DNA of 64,000 bases from a virus (IMGVR_UViG_3300028048_000093); one strand, 5' to 3'; positions 1 through 9,486 are shown, numbered from the stretch's first letter. Notes: generated by a model from the letters alone, not told the origin. Program-made: numbers and translations.

Positions 1-2579
1 GATTGACCATTGAAAGGCAGATACTTATACTTACCATTGGGCAGTTCATCAAGCAGACCCATCTTATGCCACTCTCTGTAGGTTTCCTCAAACTGTTGTT
101 CCATGAGGTCTCTTAGAGTGTCCTTGATAAAGGTCTTCAAGTCAGCACCACTGCCTGCTTCCTTCAGTGCAGAGATTCTCTGTTCAAAAGTCTCTCCACC
201 AAATCTCAAGTCATTGAGTGCTGGTATGAACTTAAACTGTGCTCCACCTAGGCTCTTAATGTCACCATTTGTCTTTCTGATGATGTCATAGTTTGCTATA
301 GGCTCAACACTAGTATTACCTGCCTGGTACTCTGCATCCCTTTGCCTTACCAGTTGTATTCTGTCATACTCCTGATTAACAAGGTCAACCATCTTGTCTA
401 GAAGGATGTCTTGATAGGACATTTTGTTGCCCTGCTCATCATACTCAGAGCCATCCTTGTATCTGACAAACCTGATGAACTCTGCTGATGGTGAATCTGA
501 AAGAATAGGTACATGATACCAAGCCATACCCTCCTTAGGCTCTGCCCAATACTCATTGAGCAATACTATGGTGTAGTCAAGGGCATCCCAATCCTGATAG
601 TCAATCTTATCATGGTTGAGCACAACCTTGTGGCTTAGTGCTTCCCTCATCTTGGAATCATTAGCAAGCTTCTCAATCCAGTCACTTCTCCAGTGACCAT
701 CCTTGAAGAACCACTCATAATCCTTGAACTCAGTCTGCATGAACCTCTCAAACCTTTCTTTGTCATTCATAACATTCTTCAGCTGCTTGATGAGCTTACC
801 AAGATAACTTGGAGTGACATGAGAATAATGGGACTTTCCATTCTCTCTTACACTACTCTCAATAGCATCCTCTGTTACATCTGCCATCATCTTGGCTATT
901 GCATTGTATGCAGCACCAAATGTATTGATGAGGTCTCCTCTCTTTACAGTACCATCCACTCTGGTCTCAGACTTTACTTCACCTTTCTTAATACCACTGA
1001 ATATCACATTAAGCTGTGGTAGAAGTAGCATGATTGGGTCAGTAAATGTGACACCTGGAGCCTCCTGTATGTTGGTAAGAGCATTTCTCAGTGTAGATGG
1101 GTTTGCATCAATACCAATCATGTGCAGGGCCTTCATAATGTTATTCCATACCTTCTGGTCATTGAGTAACTCAAGCCTCTGCTCAGTAGAAAGGTTGATG
1201 AACTGGTTATTCAATGCCTCTACAAGACTCAGTCCAATAGCAGCATTGTCCTTGTTTATCTCACCATTCTTCTCATATACACTATGCTTATCCAAGATAC
1301 TGCCAGCTTCATAGTTGTCTCTCCAAGAATCAAGCAGATAATAGACACCCTCAGGCTTATTAAGTGCAATGGTCTCTATCTTGAAAGTACCATCAGGAGC
1401 TTGTCTCTTCTTCTGAATCCAATAGGGCATAAAGTCCTTTCTGAAATCCTGATAGAACTGTGAGAACAGCTTCTCATCACCTTCAAGTAGTTCCCTTACT
1501 TGACCAACCCAAGGTCTGTTTCTCTCCAAGTCACTAAGGAGTGGAATCATATCACCTGAGTCAATCATATTCCTTAACTTATCAAGTAATGTAGCATGGA
1601 CATAATCTGCATCCAAGTACCTCTTGAAGCCTAGGTCATCCTCTTCTTCATATCCTTCATAGTCAAGTTTGGGCACTTCTCTTATAGCCTTCCTGACCTC
1701 CTGTGACAAACTCTCATAGACACTCACCTGTCTGACATTCTGCATCCAGCCATCCTTGTAGGACTCTTCCTTTGAGTAATCATCTGCATTTTCATCACCT
1801 TGGCTACCTCCTTCAGGGTCATCCTCATTGAGATTGACATCACTGGGAGCCACATAGTCAGGGTCAAGCCTAATACCCTCTGTCATTCTAAGGTTTGAGC
1901 TTGCTTCTTGTGCCAGAGCATTGAAGTGGTCAACCACCTTCTGATACTCTTGTGCCTTATAAGCTGCTTTCTTCTGTGCAGCAGCAAGCTTCTCTTCCTC
2001 AGAATACTCTCCAGCCCACTCCAGTGCATTGATTCTATCAAGCTCTGCCTGTACTCTACCCTCAGGTGTATCACTGACATAGGACTCAAAGATGTTCTTA
2101 ATCCTGTCAAAGATACCTTTAGGAGTGTACTGCTTGATAACCTCAAATCTGGTTAGGCCAGCCAGTTGTTCCTGTTTCTGCTGTTTCTCAGCAGGGTCAG
2201 TAGTAGTCTCAATGTCTCTCTTAAGCTTTGCTGATACCTCAGCCATAGCCTTATCCACCTCATCACTGAAAAATCTGGTGATAAGAGACACTCTATCCCT
2301 TCTTTGAATAGGGTCAAACACTAGGTCTACCAGCCTCTGTTGCTCCTCCATAGATACAGTAGGAGTATCAAAAGCACTATCCACTGGGGTAGCCTCCTCA
2401 GGTGTTGCCCTAAGTTCAAATCTTAGGTCATTTAGTTCTTTTGCTGTGGGATATTCCTCTATAGACTTGTTATTACGCTCTTGCCATATTTGAACAAGAC
2501 CCTTTACAGACTCTTCAGTTTCACCCACTAAACTCTTTGTAAGTTCCCTTATTTCAGGGCTAGTAATTAAACAACTCAT
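1..2579 (-). CDS. large hypothetical protein, N-terminal part (ORF continues beyond window start)
   Basis: ATG at 2579 (minus), preceded by an intergenic gap with a terminator-like hairpin. Manual translation of the frame runs open to position 1, and no competing ORFs are listed in the region. Confidence 0.5.
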   Translation of the reverse strand, partial: MSCLITSPEIRELTKSLVGETEESVKGLVQIWQERNNKSIEEYPTAKELNDLRFELRATPEEATPVDSAFDTPTVSMEEQQRLVDLVFDPIQRRDRVSLITRFFSDEVDKAMAEVSAKLKRDIETTTDPAEKQQKQEQLAGLTRFEVIKQYTPKGIFDRIKNIFESYVSDTPEGRVQAELDRINALEWAGEYSEEEKLAAAQKKAAYKAQEYQKVVDHFNALAQEASSNLRMTEGIRLDPDYVAPSDVNLNEDDPEGGSQGDENADDYSKEESYKDGWMQNVRQVSVYESLSQEVRKAIREVPKLDYEGYEEEDDLGFKRYLDADYVHATLLDKLRNMIDSGDMIPLLSDLERNRPWVGQVRELLEGDEKLFSQFYQDFRKDFMPYWIQKKRQAPDGTFKIETIALNKPEGVYYLLDSWRDNYEAGSILDKHSVYEKNGEINKDNAAIGLSLVEALNNQFINLSTEQRLELLNDQKVWNNIMKALHMIGIDANPSTLRNALTNIQEAPGVTFTDPIMLLLPQLNVIFSGIKKGEVKSETRVDGTVKRGDLINTFGAAYNAIAKMMADVTEDAIESSVRENGKSHYSHVTPSYLGKLIKQLKNVMNDKERFERFMQTEFKDYEWFFKDGHWRSDWIEKLANDSKMREALSHKVVLNHDKIDYQDWDALDYTIVLLNEYWAEPKEGMAWYHVPILSDSPSAEFIRFVRYKDGSEYDEQGNKMSYQDILLDKMVDLVNQEYDRIQLVRQRDAEYQAGNTSVEPIANYDIIRKTNGDIKSLGGAQFKFIPALNDLRFGGETFEQRISALKEAGSGADLKTFIKDTLRDLMEQQFEETYREWHKMGLLDELPNGKYKYLPFNGQ

Positions 2580-2682
2580 ACGTTTTTAGTGTAATTATTT
2601 GTGCAAAGGTAGTAATTTTCCTTTGAATACACAAGGTATTAATAGTAAAATTTTGTTTATTTAACTTATTTAGTTATTTGTT

Positions 2683-2717
2683 TCAAGGAAAATAAGGGGA
2701 GAGTTGCCTCTCCCCTT
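2683..2717 (-). terminator. rho-independent terminator
   Basis: AAGGGGAGAGGCAACTCTCCCCTT followed by ATTTTCC on the minus strand. Confidence 0.5.
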
Positions 2718-2723
2718 ATAAAT

Positions 2724-3347
2724 CTACTTAACAATGTACTTCTTACCACCAAAGATAAGCCACTTGATAGTATTGATGTTGACAGGTCTGATACCTTCTT
2801 CCTTCTCAGTCTTGTCAATATCCATATCAATGCAGTTGTACCTGCCATCCCTTGACTCAAATTGAATCTTGTAGCCTCTGAGAACCCTGTCCTCACCTTC
2901 TTCTACCTTTGAGATAGGATTCTGCATGAGAGCATACATGGTCTTCTTGGCCCACTCAGCAACACCCTTCTTGGATGCCTTCACTTGGTCAATTTCCTGA
3001 CTAACCTTAGCGGCAAGCTCATCAACCTCAGCCTTAAACTGCTTTGCACTCTTGGGCTTGTCCTGCTTCTTAAAGCACACGGTGAACACCTGACCTGAGT
3101 GGATGCCCTCCCAAATACTTCTGATACCTGGAGTACCATCCCTCTTGTCTTCCTTGGTGACTTCTACTTCCTCATCATACTCATCACCACTGTTGGTGTA
3201 CCTCTCCAAGTAGGTCTTACCAATGGTAACTTGCTCACCACTTTCCTGGTGCCTGAGGATGACATTAGAGCCTACACTCTCCACTTTGTAGTGGGAACTC
3301 TCACTGAGAATGTCACCTACTTTCAATTCATCAATCTTCTTAATCAT
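2724..3347 (-). CDS. hypothetical protein (207 aa)
   Basis: ORF track entry. Followed by hairpin plus T-run terminator at 2683-2717. Confidence 0.5.
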   Translation of the reverse strand: MIKKIDELKVGDILSESSHYKVESVGSNVILRHQESGEQVTIGKTYLERYTNSGDEYDEEVEVTKEDKRDGTPGIRSIWEGIHSGQVFTVCFKKQDKPKSAKQFKAEVDELAAKVSQEIDQVKASKKGVAEWAKKTMYALMQNPISKVEEGEDRVLRGYKIQFESRDGRYNCIDMDIDKTEKEEGIRPVNINTIKWLIFGGKKYIVK

Positions 3348-3580
3348 TGTACGAGTTTTGTTAATGACTTAATAAAGGCACTTGTTTCAGTTCTCACATC
3401 TGCAAGCACATTGTTCCTCTCCTTCAATTCAGCAATCTTCTCATCATTCTTATGACCTTCTTGGTCAATCTTCTCAATGAGTTTCTCTGCCTTTCTTAGG
3501 GCTTTGTTGAACACTGCCTTTGCTTTGTTGAGACTCTTACCATAGTCCCTTCTCTTCCAAAATAAAAGTTTGTAAATCAT
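3344..3580 (-). CDS. hypothetical protein (78 aa), K/E-rich coiled-coil-like
   Basis: ORF track entry. A10 tract immediately upstream of ATG (plus 3581-3592 is T-run). Confidence 0.4.
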   Translation of the reverse strand: MIYKLLFWKRRDYGKSLNKAKAVFNKALRKAEKLIEKIDQEGHKNDEKIAELKERNNVLADVRTETSAFIKSLTKLVQ

Positions 3581-3599
3581 CTTTTTTTTTTGGTTATTA

Positions 3600-3944
3600 C
3601 TAATTGCCCCTCTCTATGGAGCACTGCTTGCTCTTTTCCCTCAGGTCTAGAAGAGATTTAAGATAGGACTGGGCTTTCTCAATTCTCTTCTCCAAGATAA
3701 GCTCCTCTGGATAGTTCAGATACACATCCCTATGCTCAAGGTCTGTGTAGTACCACCTTTGGGTCTCTATTCTGCCAAATGAATCAAGCACATAGATGTA
3801 CTTCCAGTACAAGTCACTGCTAGGATTAAGCTTGGGGTCTCTGGCTAAGACTTCCCAATACCTGACTCTACCCTCTCTTGTTACCTCAGTGAGCTTTTGT
3901 CCTACTTGTAGTTTTGCTACGTCTTCTGGTGTTAGCTTTTCCAT
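3600..3944 (-). CDS. hypothetical protein (114 aa)
   Basis: ORF track entry. Confidence 0.4.
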   Translation of the reverse strand: MEKLTPEDVAKLQVGQKLTEVTREGRVRYWEVLARDPKLNPSSDLYWKYIYVLDSFGRIETQRWYYTDLEHRDVYLNYPEELILEKRIEKAQSYLKSLLDLREKSKQCSIERGN

Positions 3945-4113
3945 TGCCTGTTAAATCCTCTAAGAGTTGGTCGGCAGCATGGAGTATCTCACTGACATAA
4001 GACCTGTGCCATGACATATCATAGTCATTGCCCTCTGCCTCTATCCTATGGGCTATGTTCCTCATAGTGTGAGCAAACTGTCCTGCCTTGATTAACTTTT
4101 CTTTCTGTGTCAT
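3886..4113 (-). CDS. hypothetical protein (75 aa)
   Basis: ORF track entry. Overlaps the previous gene by 59 nt, so the true start is uncertain. Confidence 0.3.
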   Translation of the reverse strand: MTQKEKLIKAGQFAHTMRNIAHRIEAEGNDYDMSWHRSYVSEILHAADQLLEDLTGNGKANTRRRSKTTSRTKAH

Positions 4114-4209
4114 AGTCCTAGCCTTTCTTTTTCCAACTTGAAGTATGCCAGTTGGTCCTGAGTAAGACCTTTAATCCACTCATGGACATACTTGGCATAC
4201 TTGCTGTGG

Positions 4210-5196
4210 TTATTCTTTATGAATCTCTGGAATAGATATGCTTTCATTGTTGAAACTGACTTGGTAGCTCATAATCTCATCCCATAGGCCAGCCTTCATA
4301 AACTCATTTCTAGCCTTGCTAGCCAGAAGTTCCATATCTGGGTGAGGCTTTCCAGTCTCTCCATAATATCTGAGGTCAAAGAAGAACCTCCAATCTGAAG
4401 CAAAACCTGTCATACATACCTCTGTCTTGACTGCATTGGGAAGAACCTGTCTAGCCTCTTGTGGAGTAGCCTCCGTTGCAAGCATATCAAAGTACTTCTT
4501 CTCTGTGTCATAACAGTTCTGCATGAAGGTGGACTCCTTAGGAGTTATCTCCAGTACACAATACTCAAGCACACCTTCTTGTAAAGTCTTAGCCCAAGAT
4601 GGTATGATATAGGTTACTTCACCACCGAACTTATCTTTGCTATAGTTGCAATATCTGGTGGACTCTTGTGCAAAGGAGAACACTCTGTGCCTTACAAGCT
4701 CATGTGATACACCCCTGTCAGTTATAAACCTCATGGTGTACCTCTTCTCATGGTACTTGGTAGGCTCACAGAGATACTGTAAGTCATCAATCCAGCCATT
4801 CTCCACTATCACCCTGAGGTTAGTGGTAACTGCTAGATAAGGAACTATATCACACCTCATTCCATCCTCAGTAGGCATTGTAGGCATGGGTGTATCTATG
4901 TACTCATAGAACTCCTGTACCTTACAATATGGATTGCTCACATACTTCTTGCACAAACCTACATGGGTGAGTCTGTGGAGCAGGTTATAAGGTATCTTAA
5001 GATACACTGTGCCCTGTTCCAACATGGCAGTATGCCTACTGGCAATCATCCTCTCTACAAAGGGTTTAGCACTGTCCTCTGTCATCTTGTCAGTGGACTT
5101 GTAGCAGGTTCTGCCACACAACTCAATCTGTTTGTAAACTCCTTCTAGACCTGAGGACTGTTGAAGAAGCTCTGCTTTTGATTCGATTATTCTCAT
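4210..5196 (-). CDS. thyX: flavin-dependent thymidylate synthase ThyX
   Basis: ThyX signature RHRxxSxxxxSxRY is present as LVRHRVFSFAQESTRY. Size of 328 aa fits. Confidence 0.75.
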   Translation of the reverse strand: MRIIESKAELLQQSSGLEGVYKQIELCGRTCYKSTDKMTEDSAKPFVERMIASRHTAMLEQGTVYLKIPYNLLHRLTHVGLCKKYVSNPYCKVQEFYEYIDTPMPTMPTEDGMRCDIVPYLAVTTNLRVIVENGWIDDLQYLCEPTKYHEKRYTMRFITDRGVSHELVRHRVFSFAQESTRYCNYSKDKFGGEVTYIIPSWAKTLQEGVLEYCVLEITPKESTFMQNCYDTEKKYFDMLATEATPQEARQVLPNAVKTEVCMTGFASDWRFFFDLRYYGETGKPHPDMELLASKARNEFMKAGLWDEIMSYQVSFNNESISIPEIHKE

Positions 5197-5200
5197 ATAA

Positions 5201-6202
5201 TTATTGGTCTATTACTGCTTCTGCAATATCATTTACTGTACTTTGTACATTAGTGAGAGTTTCCTGTTTAGCATAGTCTGTTGGGAAAGAAGAAGATTCA
5301 GGCATTTCTTCAATTATTTCATCCTTTGCATTTGTAACATGGGTTCTAAGCCCATCTATATCTTCTTGTGTAGCTAAAGGGTCTCCATCAATCACAACCT
5401 TAGGCATTTCCTTAATAGTGCTCTCAACAGCAACGGGCAATGCTTCCTCCTCTGGAGAGCCTACTATTGCAATACCTTTCTCTGCTGCATTTTTCCAGGT
5501 AGCTGTAAGGTCATCAACAGCTATAATCAGGTTCTGTAACAACTTTTCTGTAGTGGTGCCATCAGATACATCCACTGCTGTCCTAGTTTGTCCACTTGCA
5601 GGCTCGTCTTCTTCTCCAGGGTCATCACCTGATTCCTTAGCAACCAGTGCCCTAGCATCTGCTGAAGCTTGCATCATGCCTTGTGCCCATCTGTATGCAG
5701 CTGAACATACTACCATGATATTGGCATCATCAAAGTATTGTGGCTGGTCACAATGTTTAAGTAGCCCCTGTAACGCATACATAGCAAAGGTATCTCTTAT
5801 CTCTAAGGAACTAAGAACTGATACTTCATTATAAGCTGCTCCCGCACTCCTTGTAGTGGCTTGGCGAGTTCCCTTGGTTGATACTAGGTTCACAGTGCAT
5901 ATATACAGCTGTTTACCTATCATTGCAGGGTCATCACAATAGACAATTTCTCCACTCTCATTGGGCCAAAGCCTCTTACCATTAATTATGGTAGAATAGG
6001 GAGTATATCTTATGACTGCCTCAGTTTGCAACTTACCAGTCTTCTCACCTATATTCTCAGAGTCTGTTAAGTCAGGTGAACCATTTTCCATCTTAGGAAA
6101 TCCTATGACTGCGCCAGCTTTAGCTTCCTCTAAGTCAAAGGTTTTCCATTGATAGGTGGTCCTTAGAACTTCTTGTACTTCATCTGCCATATTATTCTTC
6201 AA
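5201..6202 (-). CDS. hypothetical protein (333 aa)
   Basis: ORF track entry. No recognisable motif. Confidence 0.5.
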   Translation of the reverse strand: MKNNMADEVQEVLRTTYQWKTFDLEEAKAGAVIGFPKMENGSPDLTDSENIGEKTGKLQTEAVIRYTPYSTIINGKRLWPNESGEIVYCDDPAMIGKQLYICTVNLVSTKGTRQATTRSAGAAYNEVSVLSSLEIRDTFAMYALQGLLKHCDQPQYFDDANIMVVCSAAYRWAQGMMQASADARALVAKESGDDPGEEDEPASGQTRTAVDVSDGTTTEKLLQNLIIAVDDLTATWKNAAEKGIAIVGSPEEEALPVAVESTIKEMPKVVIDGDPLATQEDIDGLRTHVTNAKDEIIEEMPESSSFPTDYAKQETLTNVQSTVNDIAEAVIDQ

Positions 6203-6575
6203 TTACTGTATATTCATCTTCTATCCAGCCATCACAAGCTGCCAGTAGTCTTTTAAGGTGTCTACCCTTACATGTATTTGGCCCTGTTCCTTCCATATCT
6301 TTAAGCACATACTGCTTAAGTTCAGAGAGTAAGTCCTGCAACTTGAAATCACAGTTCTCATACACCTTCTTCCAATCAGTGTTCTCTGTATTGGCGTAGG
6401 TATTACCGTCCTCTTCATCAAACTCAGGCTGATAGTCATCAGTAGTAACTGTGACAGTTCTGCTCATAGTCTGACTTATCATTACCTCGAAATCCCTTTC
6501 AGGAATTACTGGCTCATTGTAAGGTGCATTAGGGTCAAATTCAGCCCCAGGTGGGTAATATCCTGATTCTATCAT
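6192..6575 (-). CDS. hypothetical acidic protein (127 aa), possible partner of upstream HicA-like gene
   Basis: Start overlaps the stop of the HicA-like gene by 4 nt (ATGA). No recognisable motif. Confidence 0.4.
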   Translation of the reverse strand: MIESGYYPPGAEFDPNAPYNEPVIPERDFEVMISQTMSRTVTVTTDDYQPEFDEEDGNTYANTENTDWKKVYENCDFKLQDLLSELKQYVLKDMEGTGPNTCKGRHLKRLLAACDGWIEDEYTVIEE

Positions 6576-6784
6576 TTCTTCTTTTTCTTTAATAGGGTTA
6601 CATCTAAATTGTTCTCCTTAATAAGTCTTCTGGCAATAACACAGGCTAGCTTGTAAGGTATGCTCATGTGTCTCCCTAGGGAGTTCACATATATGGAATG
6701 GTCTCCATTATTTCTCATATAAAAGAAACCATTCCTTTCAGCCATCTTACAAAATTCCTTATGTGTCCATTGTCTCATTCTCAT
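6572..6784 (-). CDS. HicA/YcfA-like small protein (mRNA interferase toxin fold)
   Basis: THKEFCKMAERNGFFYMRNNGDHSIYVNSLGRHMSIP matches the HicA pattern of K-E-L-I-K-L-L-E-K-x-G-W-x-L-V-R-Q-K-G-S-H-R-x-F-x-H-P-x-G-x-R-V-T-V-P. Confidence 0.45.
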   Translation of the reverse strand: MRMRQWTHKEFCKMAERNGFFYMRNNGDHSIYVNSLGRHMSIPYKLACVIARRLIKENNLDVTLLKKKKK

Positions 6785-7347
6785 AAGTTGAGTTCCTTTG
6801 TAATCTCTTGAAGTAGGCGGTAGTGGTCTTTGCTATCAATAACACCTCTCTGAACTAACTGTATGGTTACAGCTATCCAGTCCACAAATGGGTTTATCCT
6901 CATACCATCAAGAACATCCTTCATTGGGCATCCCAGTGCTCTGTCATCTATGAATAAATCACAGCCACACTTAGGACTTGCAGTCCATTCTTCCTGGTTT
7001 GGGAATTTGTTTACTGAGAACAAAGGGATGTCATGGTCTTTGAACCAATCTATTGCATCCTGCAACACATCCCTACCTAAGTCCACTCTGGAGAAGTCAC
7101 CTCTGTCAGGGTCTTTTGCACCCTTCATCATGTGGCTTCTCATGGTATAGAGTATGATTCTGTGACCTCTACTTGCCAAATACCTGAGTACTGGAGCTGC
7201 TCCTATCTCCCTGCCTACAAGAGGAAATGCCTCAGTTACACAAGTTCCGTCAAAATCTACTGCTATTACCATATCATTCCTCTGTGAAATGAGCAATCCT
7301 TCTGAAGTCTTCTCCCTGAGGTACTGGACAGTCCTTAACCCACTCAA
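6781..7347 (-). CDS. HAD-superfamily phosphatase (DxDGT)
   Basis: VIAVDFDGT is HAD motif I. The likely true start is M at 7272 (MVIAVDFDGT), 1 nt after the upstream gene stop. Could be the phosphatase counterpart of the separate Pnk-like kinase. Confidence 0.55.
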   Translation of the reverse strand: MSGLRTVQYLREKTSEGLLISQRNDMVIAVDFDGTCVTEAFPLVGREIGAAPVLRYLASRGHRIILYTMRSHMMKGAKDPDRGDFSRVDLGRDVLQDAIDWFKDHDIPLFSVNKFPNQEEWTASPKCGCDLFIDDRALGCPMKDVLDGMRINPFVDWIAVTIQLVQRGVIDSKDHYRLLQEITKELNL

Positions 7348-7864
7348 TATCCTTTATCTGCCAGAGTGACAGATTAGTCTTCTGAGGGATGAGTTTCTTC
7401 ATATCCTCAAACAAATTGAGCCTGAGAGACTTATCCTTGGTCATTTCAGGGTTAGCAAGCAATACCTTATTGAGGTCAAGGAACTGCTTGATGTCTGACT
7501 TCTTATGAGGTGTAAAGACAATGCCATCTACCTTATCAAGAACTGGCAGGAATACCTTTCTGTCAGCTATTGCAGTATAGACATACATCTTGGAGTTCTC
7601 AATACCCTGAAGGATTTGTATGTTCTGGATTGTTCTGATGATTGCTTCAGTGCTTCTTGGGAACATAAGAGGTTCACCACCTGTAAGCATAATCTCATCA
7701 TAGTCCCATCTGTCAACTACTGGCAGTTCCTCAAAGCCTCTGCCATTGTTACAGCATAATGGACACTTATTGGGACACTTAAGTGTCAATAAAAGTCTTA
7801 GTTTCTTATTCATAATACCGATACATTGATTTAACGAACTCTTGGCTGTCCTTACTACCATCAT
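7274..7864 (-). CDS. radical-SAM protein, NrdG/QueE-like (second activase-type enzyme)
   Basis: CPNKCPLCC gives CxxxCxxC. LTGGEPLMF is a glycine-rich SAM motif. The likely start is M at 7813 (MNKKLRLLLTLKCPNKCP). Confidence 0.55.
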   Translation of the reverse strand: MMVVRTAKSSLNQCIGIMNKKLRLLLTLKCPNKCPLCCNNGRGFEELPVVDRWDYDEIMLTGGEPLMFPRSTEAIIRTIQNIQILQGIENSKMYVYTAIADRKVFLPVLDKVDGIVFTPHKKSDIKQFLDLNKVLLANPEMTKDKSLRLNLFEDMKKLIPQKTNLSLWQIKDIEWVKDCPVPQGEDFRRIAHFTEE

Positions 7865-8387
7865 ACACTACGAAGGTCTGTATAATAGCTGCATGGCGAT
7901 TAATCTTACCCAATGCCTCTGAAATAGACCTCATTGTTGTACCTGAGTAGTAGGAATCATCCAGTAGTATATAATGTGTAGCCTCAAGGTTGCTCTTGAA
8001 TATCTCAGGACTTTTGCCTTCCCTGATACCACCATTCACCACTATCACATCTTTGAAATTGTTAGCTAACTCCTTAGCAAAGTTTGACATAACATAATGC
8101 CCAAACCTGCCAGTTACTATAACTCCTAGGTCTGAGGAGTTCATTGATGTTTGTGAGCCGAATACCCCGTTGATGGCTATTGGTGAAATCATGTGATAGA
8201 AGTCATAGTTGCATACCCAGTCTATGAAAGTCTTTCCAATGTTTTGGTCAGACCTTATCATCAAATCCAAGGCATTGAAAAACTTCTCCCCACCTTCAGG
8301 GTGCTGCTTGAGGATGTCTATTATTTTCTCATTCAGTGTCATAGAACTTCTTGTACCTTTTGTATGTGTCTCTGATGACCTTCTCAC
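7806..8387 (-). CDS. type I phosphoribosyltransferase-fold protein
   Basis: PRPP-binding motif HYILLDDSYYSGTTM. Small size (about 180-190 aa). Confidence 0.55.
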   Translation of the reverse strand: MRRSSETHTKGTRSSMTLNEKIIDILKQHPEGGEKFFNALDLMIRSDQNIGKTFIDWVCNYDFYHMISPIAINGVFGSQTSMNSSDLGVIVTGRFGHYVMSNFAKELANNFKDVIVVNGGIREGKSPEIFKSNLEATHYILLDDSYYSGTTMRSISEALGKINRHAAIIQTFVVYDGSKDSQEFVKSMYRYYE

Positions 8388-8772
8388 TTATAGGACACTG
8401 CCTCTGCTTGTTCCTCTCCAGACATTCTTCCAATGGGGTCTTGAAGTCTCTGAACTCAAGTGTATATTGGATTGATGACCTTCTACCATTAAACTCCTTG
8501 ATGACCCCCTCATACCACTTGGCTTCATTGGGGTTGAGGTTCATGTTGTCCACAACAATGTCATAGCCATTTTCCATAGCCTCAGTGACAATAGCCATCC
8601 TTGCTCTTCTTACTATAGCTTCCCTTGAAGGAACCCAGTACTTTCCAAGCATATATCGGATGTCATCATTGTTGTATCTCACCCTGTGCTCAGGGTCTTC
8701 CTCTGCCCATGCCTTAGCCCATGTTGACTTACCTGAGGCTTGTATGCCTCTACAAAGTATAATCTTACTCAT
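8329..8772 (-). CDS. pnk: polynucleotide 5'-kinase (T4 Pnk kinase-domain-like, P-loop)
   Basis: Walker A GIQASGKST. Overall pattern resembles the T4 Pnk N-terminal kinase (KIILxxGxxGSGKSTWA...DxxR...DNxNL). No fused phosphatase domain. Confidence 0.65.
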   Translation of the reverse strand: MSKIILCRGIQASGKSTWAKAWAEEDPEHRVRYNNDDIRYMLGKYWVPSREAIVRRARMAIVTEAMENGYDIVVDNMNLNPNEAKWYEGVIKEFNGRRSSIQYTLEFRDFKTPLEECLERNKQRQCPISEKVIRDTYKRYKKFYDTE

Positions 8773-8954
8773 TTTGCTGTTCTGTTTGATGCTCTTATAA
8801 GTGCTTTACTAGCCTTCCGTAGGGCCTCTTTCTCACTATCCCTCATGTACTTGCACTCCATATACTCTTCCTCGAAGAGGTAAGAAGTAATAGCACTTGC
8901 TAGCTTCAATGCTCTAGGCATCTTGCTCTTTGGATTGCTAATCTTGATTCCCAT
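8769..8954 (-). CDS. hypothetical protein (61 aa)
   Basis: ORF track entry, 4-nt overlap with pnk. Confidence 0.3.
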   Translation of the reverse strand: MGIKISNPKSKMPRALKLASAITSYLFEEEYMECKYMRDSEKEALRKASKALIRASNRTAK

Positions 8955-9243
8955 GTGAAAAGTGTTTTTGAGCTTTCATCTTCTTCTCCAGCTCAAGGTA
9001 CTTGTTCTGATACCACTGGGCTTTCTGAATATCTTCAGCTCCATTCTTCTTATCAAATCTCCACTGATACTTGAAAGCATTACACTGACAGAAGTGCATA
9101 ACAGCCTCTGTACCATAGGCAGCCTCCATAGCATCAATACACTCTATGCCTCCACTTGTATAGTGGGAAGGGTGATTCACAGCATCATGCTGCTTGTCAA
9201 ACTCCTCTTGCATTGTACCTTCAGTTTGCATTGTATCTTCCAT
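8938..9243 (-). CDS. hypothetical protein (101 aa), His/Cys-containing
   Basis: ORF track entry. HPSHY...HFCQC could bind metal. Confidence 0.4.
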   Translation of the reverse strand: MEDTMQTEGTMQEEFDKQHDAVNHPSHYTSGGIECIDAMEAAYGTEAVMHFCQCNAFKYQWRFDKKNGAEDIQKAQWYQNKYLELEKKMKAQKHFSHGNQD

Positions 9244-9248
9244 AATTC

Positions 9249-9285
9249 AAATACAAGGGCACCCCAACCTAGTGAGGTGCCCCAG
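9249..9285 (-). terminator. rho-independent terminator
   Basis: Minus-strand GGGGCACCTCACTAGGTTGGGGTGCCC followed by TTGTATTTG. Confidence 0.45.
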
Positions 9286-9288
9286 CTA

Positions 9289-9483
9289 TTAGTTTTCTAC
9301 TGCCTGAAACTTGTTCAGGAAATCCTGTTTCTCTCTTACATACATACCATGATGCAGACCTTGGTCTGTTACTTGGGTGTAAAGGAAGGCATCCTTCCAT
9401 TCACCAGTGGTGGGGTCTTTCATCTTGACCTCATCCATTATCTCATAGGTATGATGGTTCTTGGGGTAAAAATACTTAGCCAT
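9289..9483 (-). CDS. hypothetical protein (64 aa)
   Basis: ORF track entry. Terminator hairpin at 9249-9285 downstream. Confidence 0.35.
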   Translation of the reverse strand: MAKYFYPKNHHTYEIMDEVKMKDPTTGEWKDAFLYTQVTDQGLHHGMYVREKQDFLNKFQAVEN

Positions 9484-9486
9484 AAC

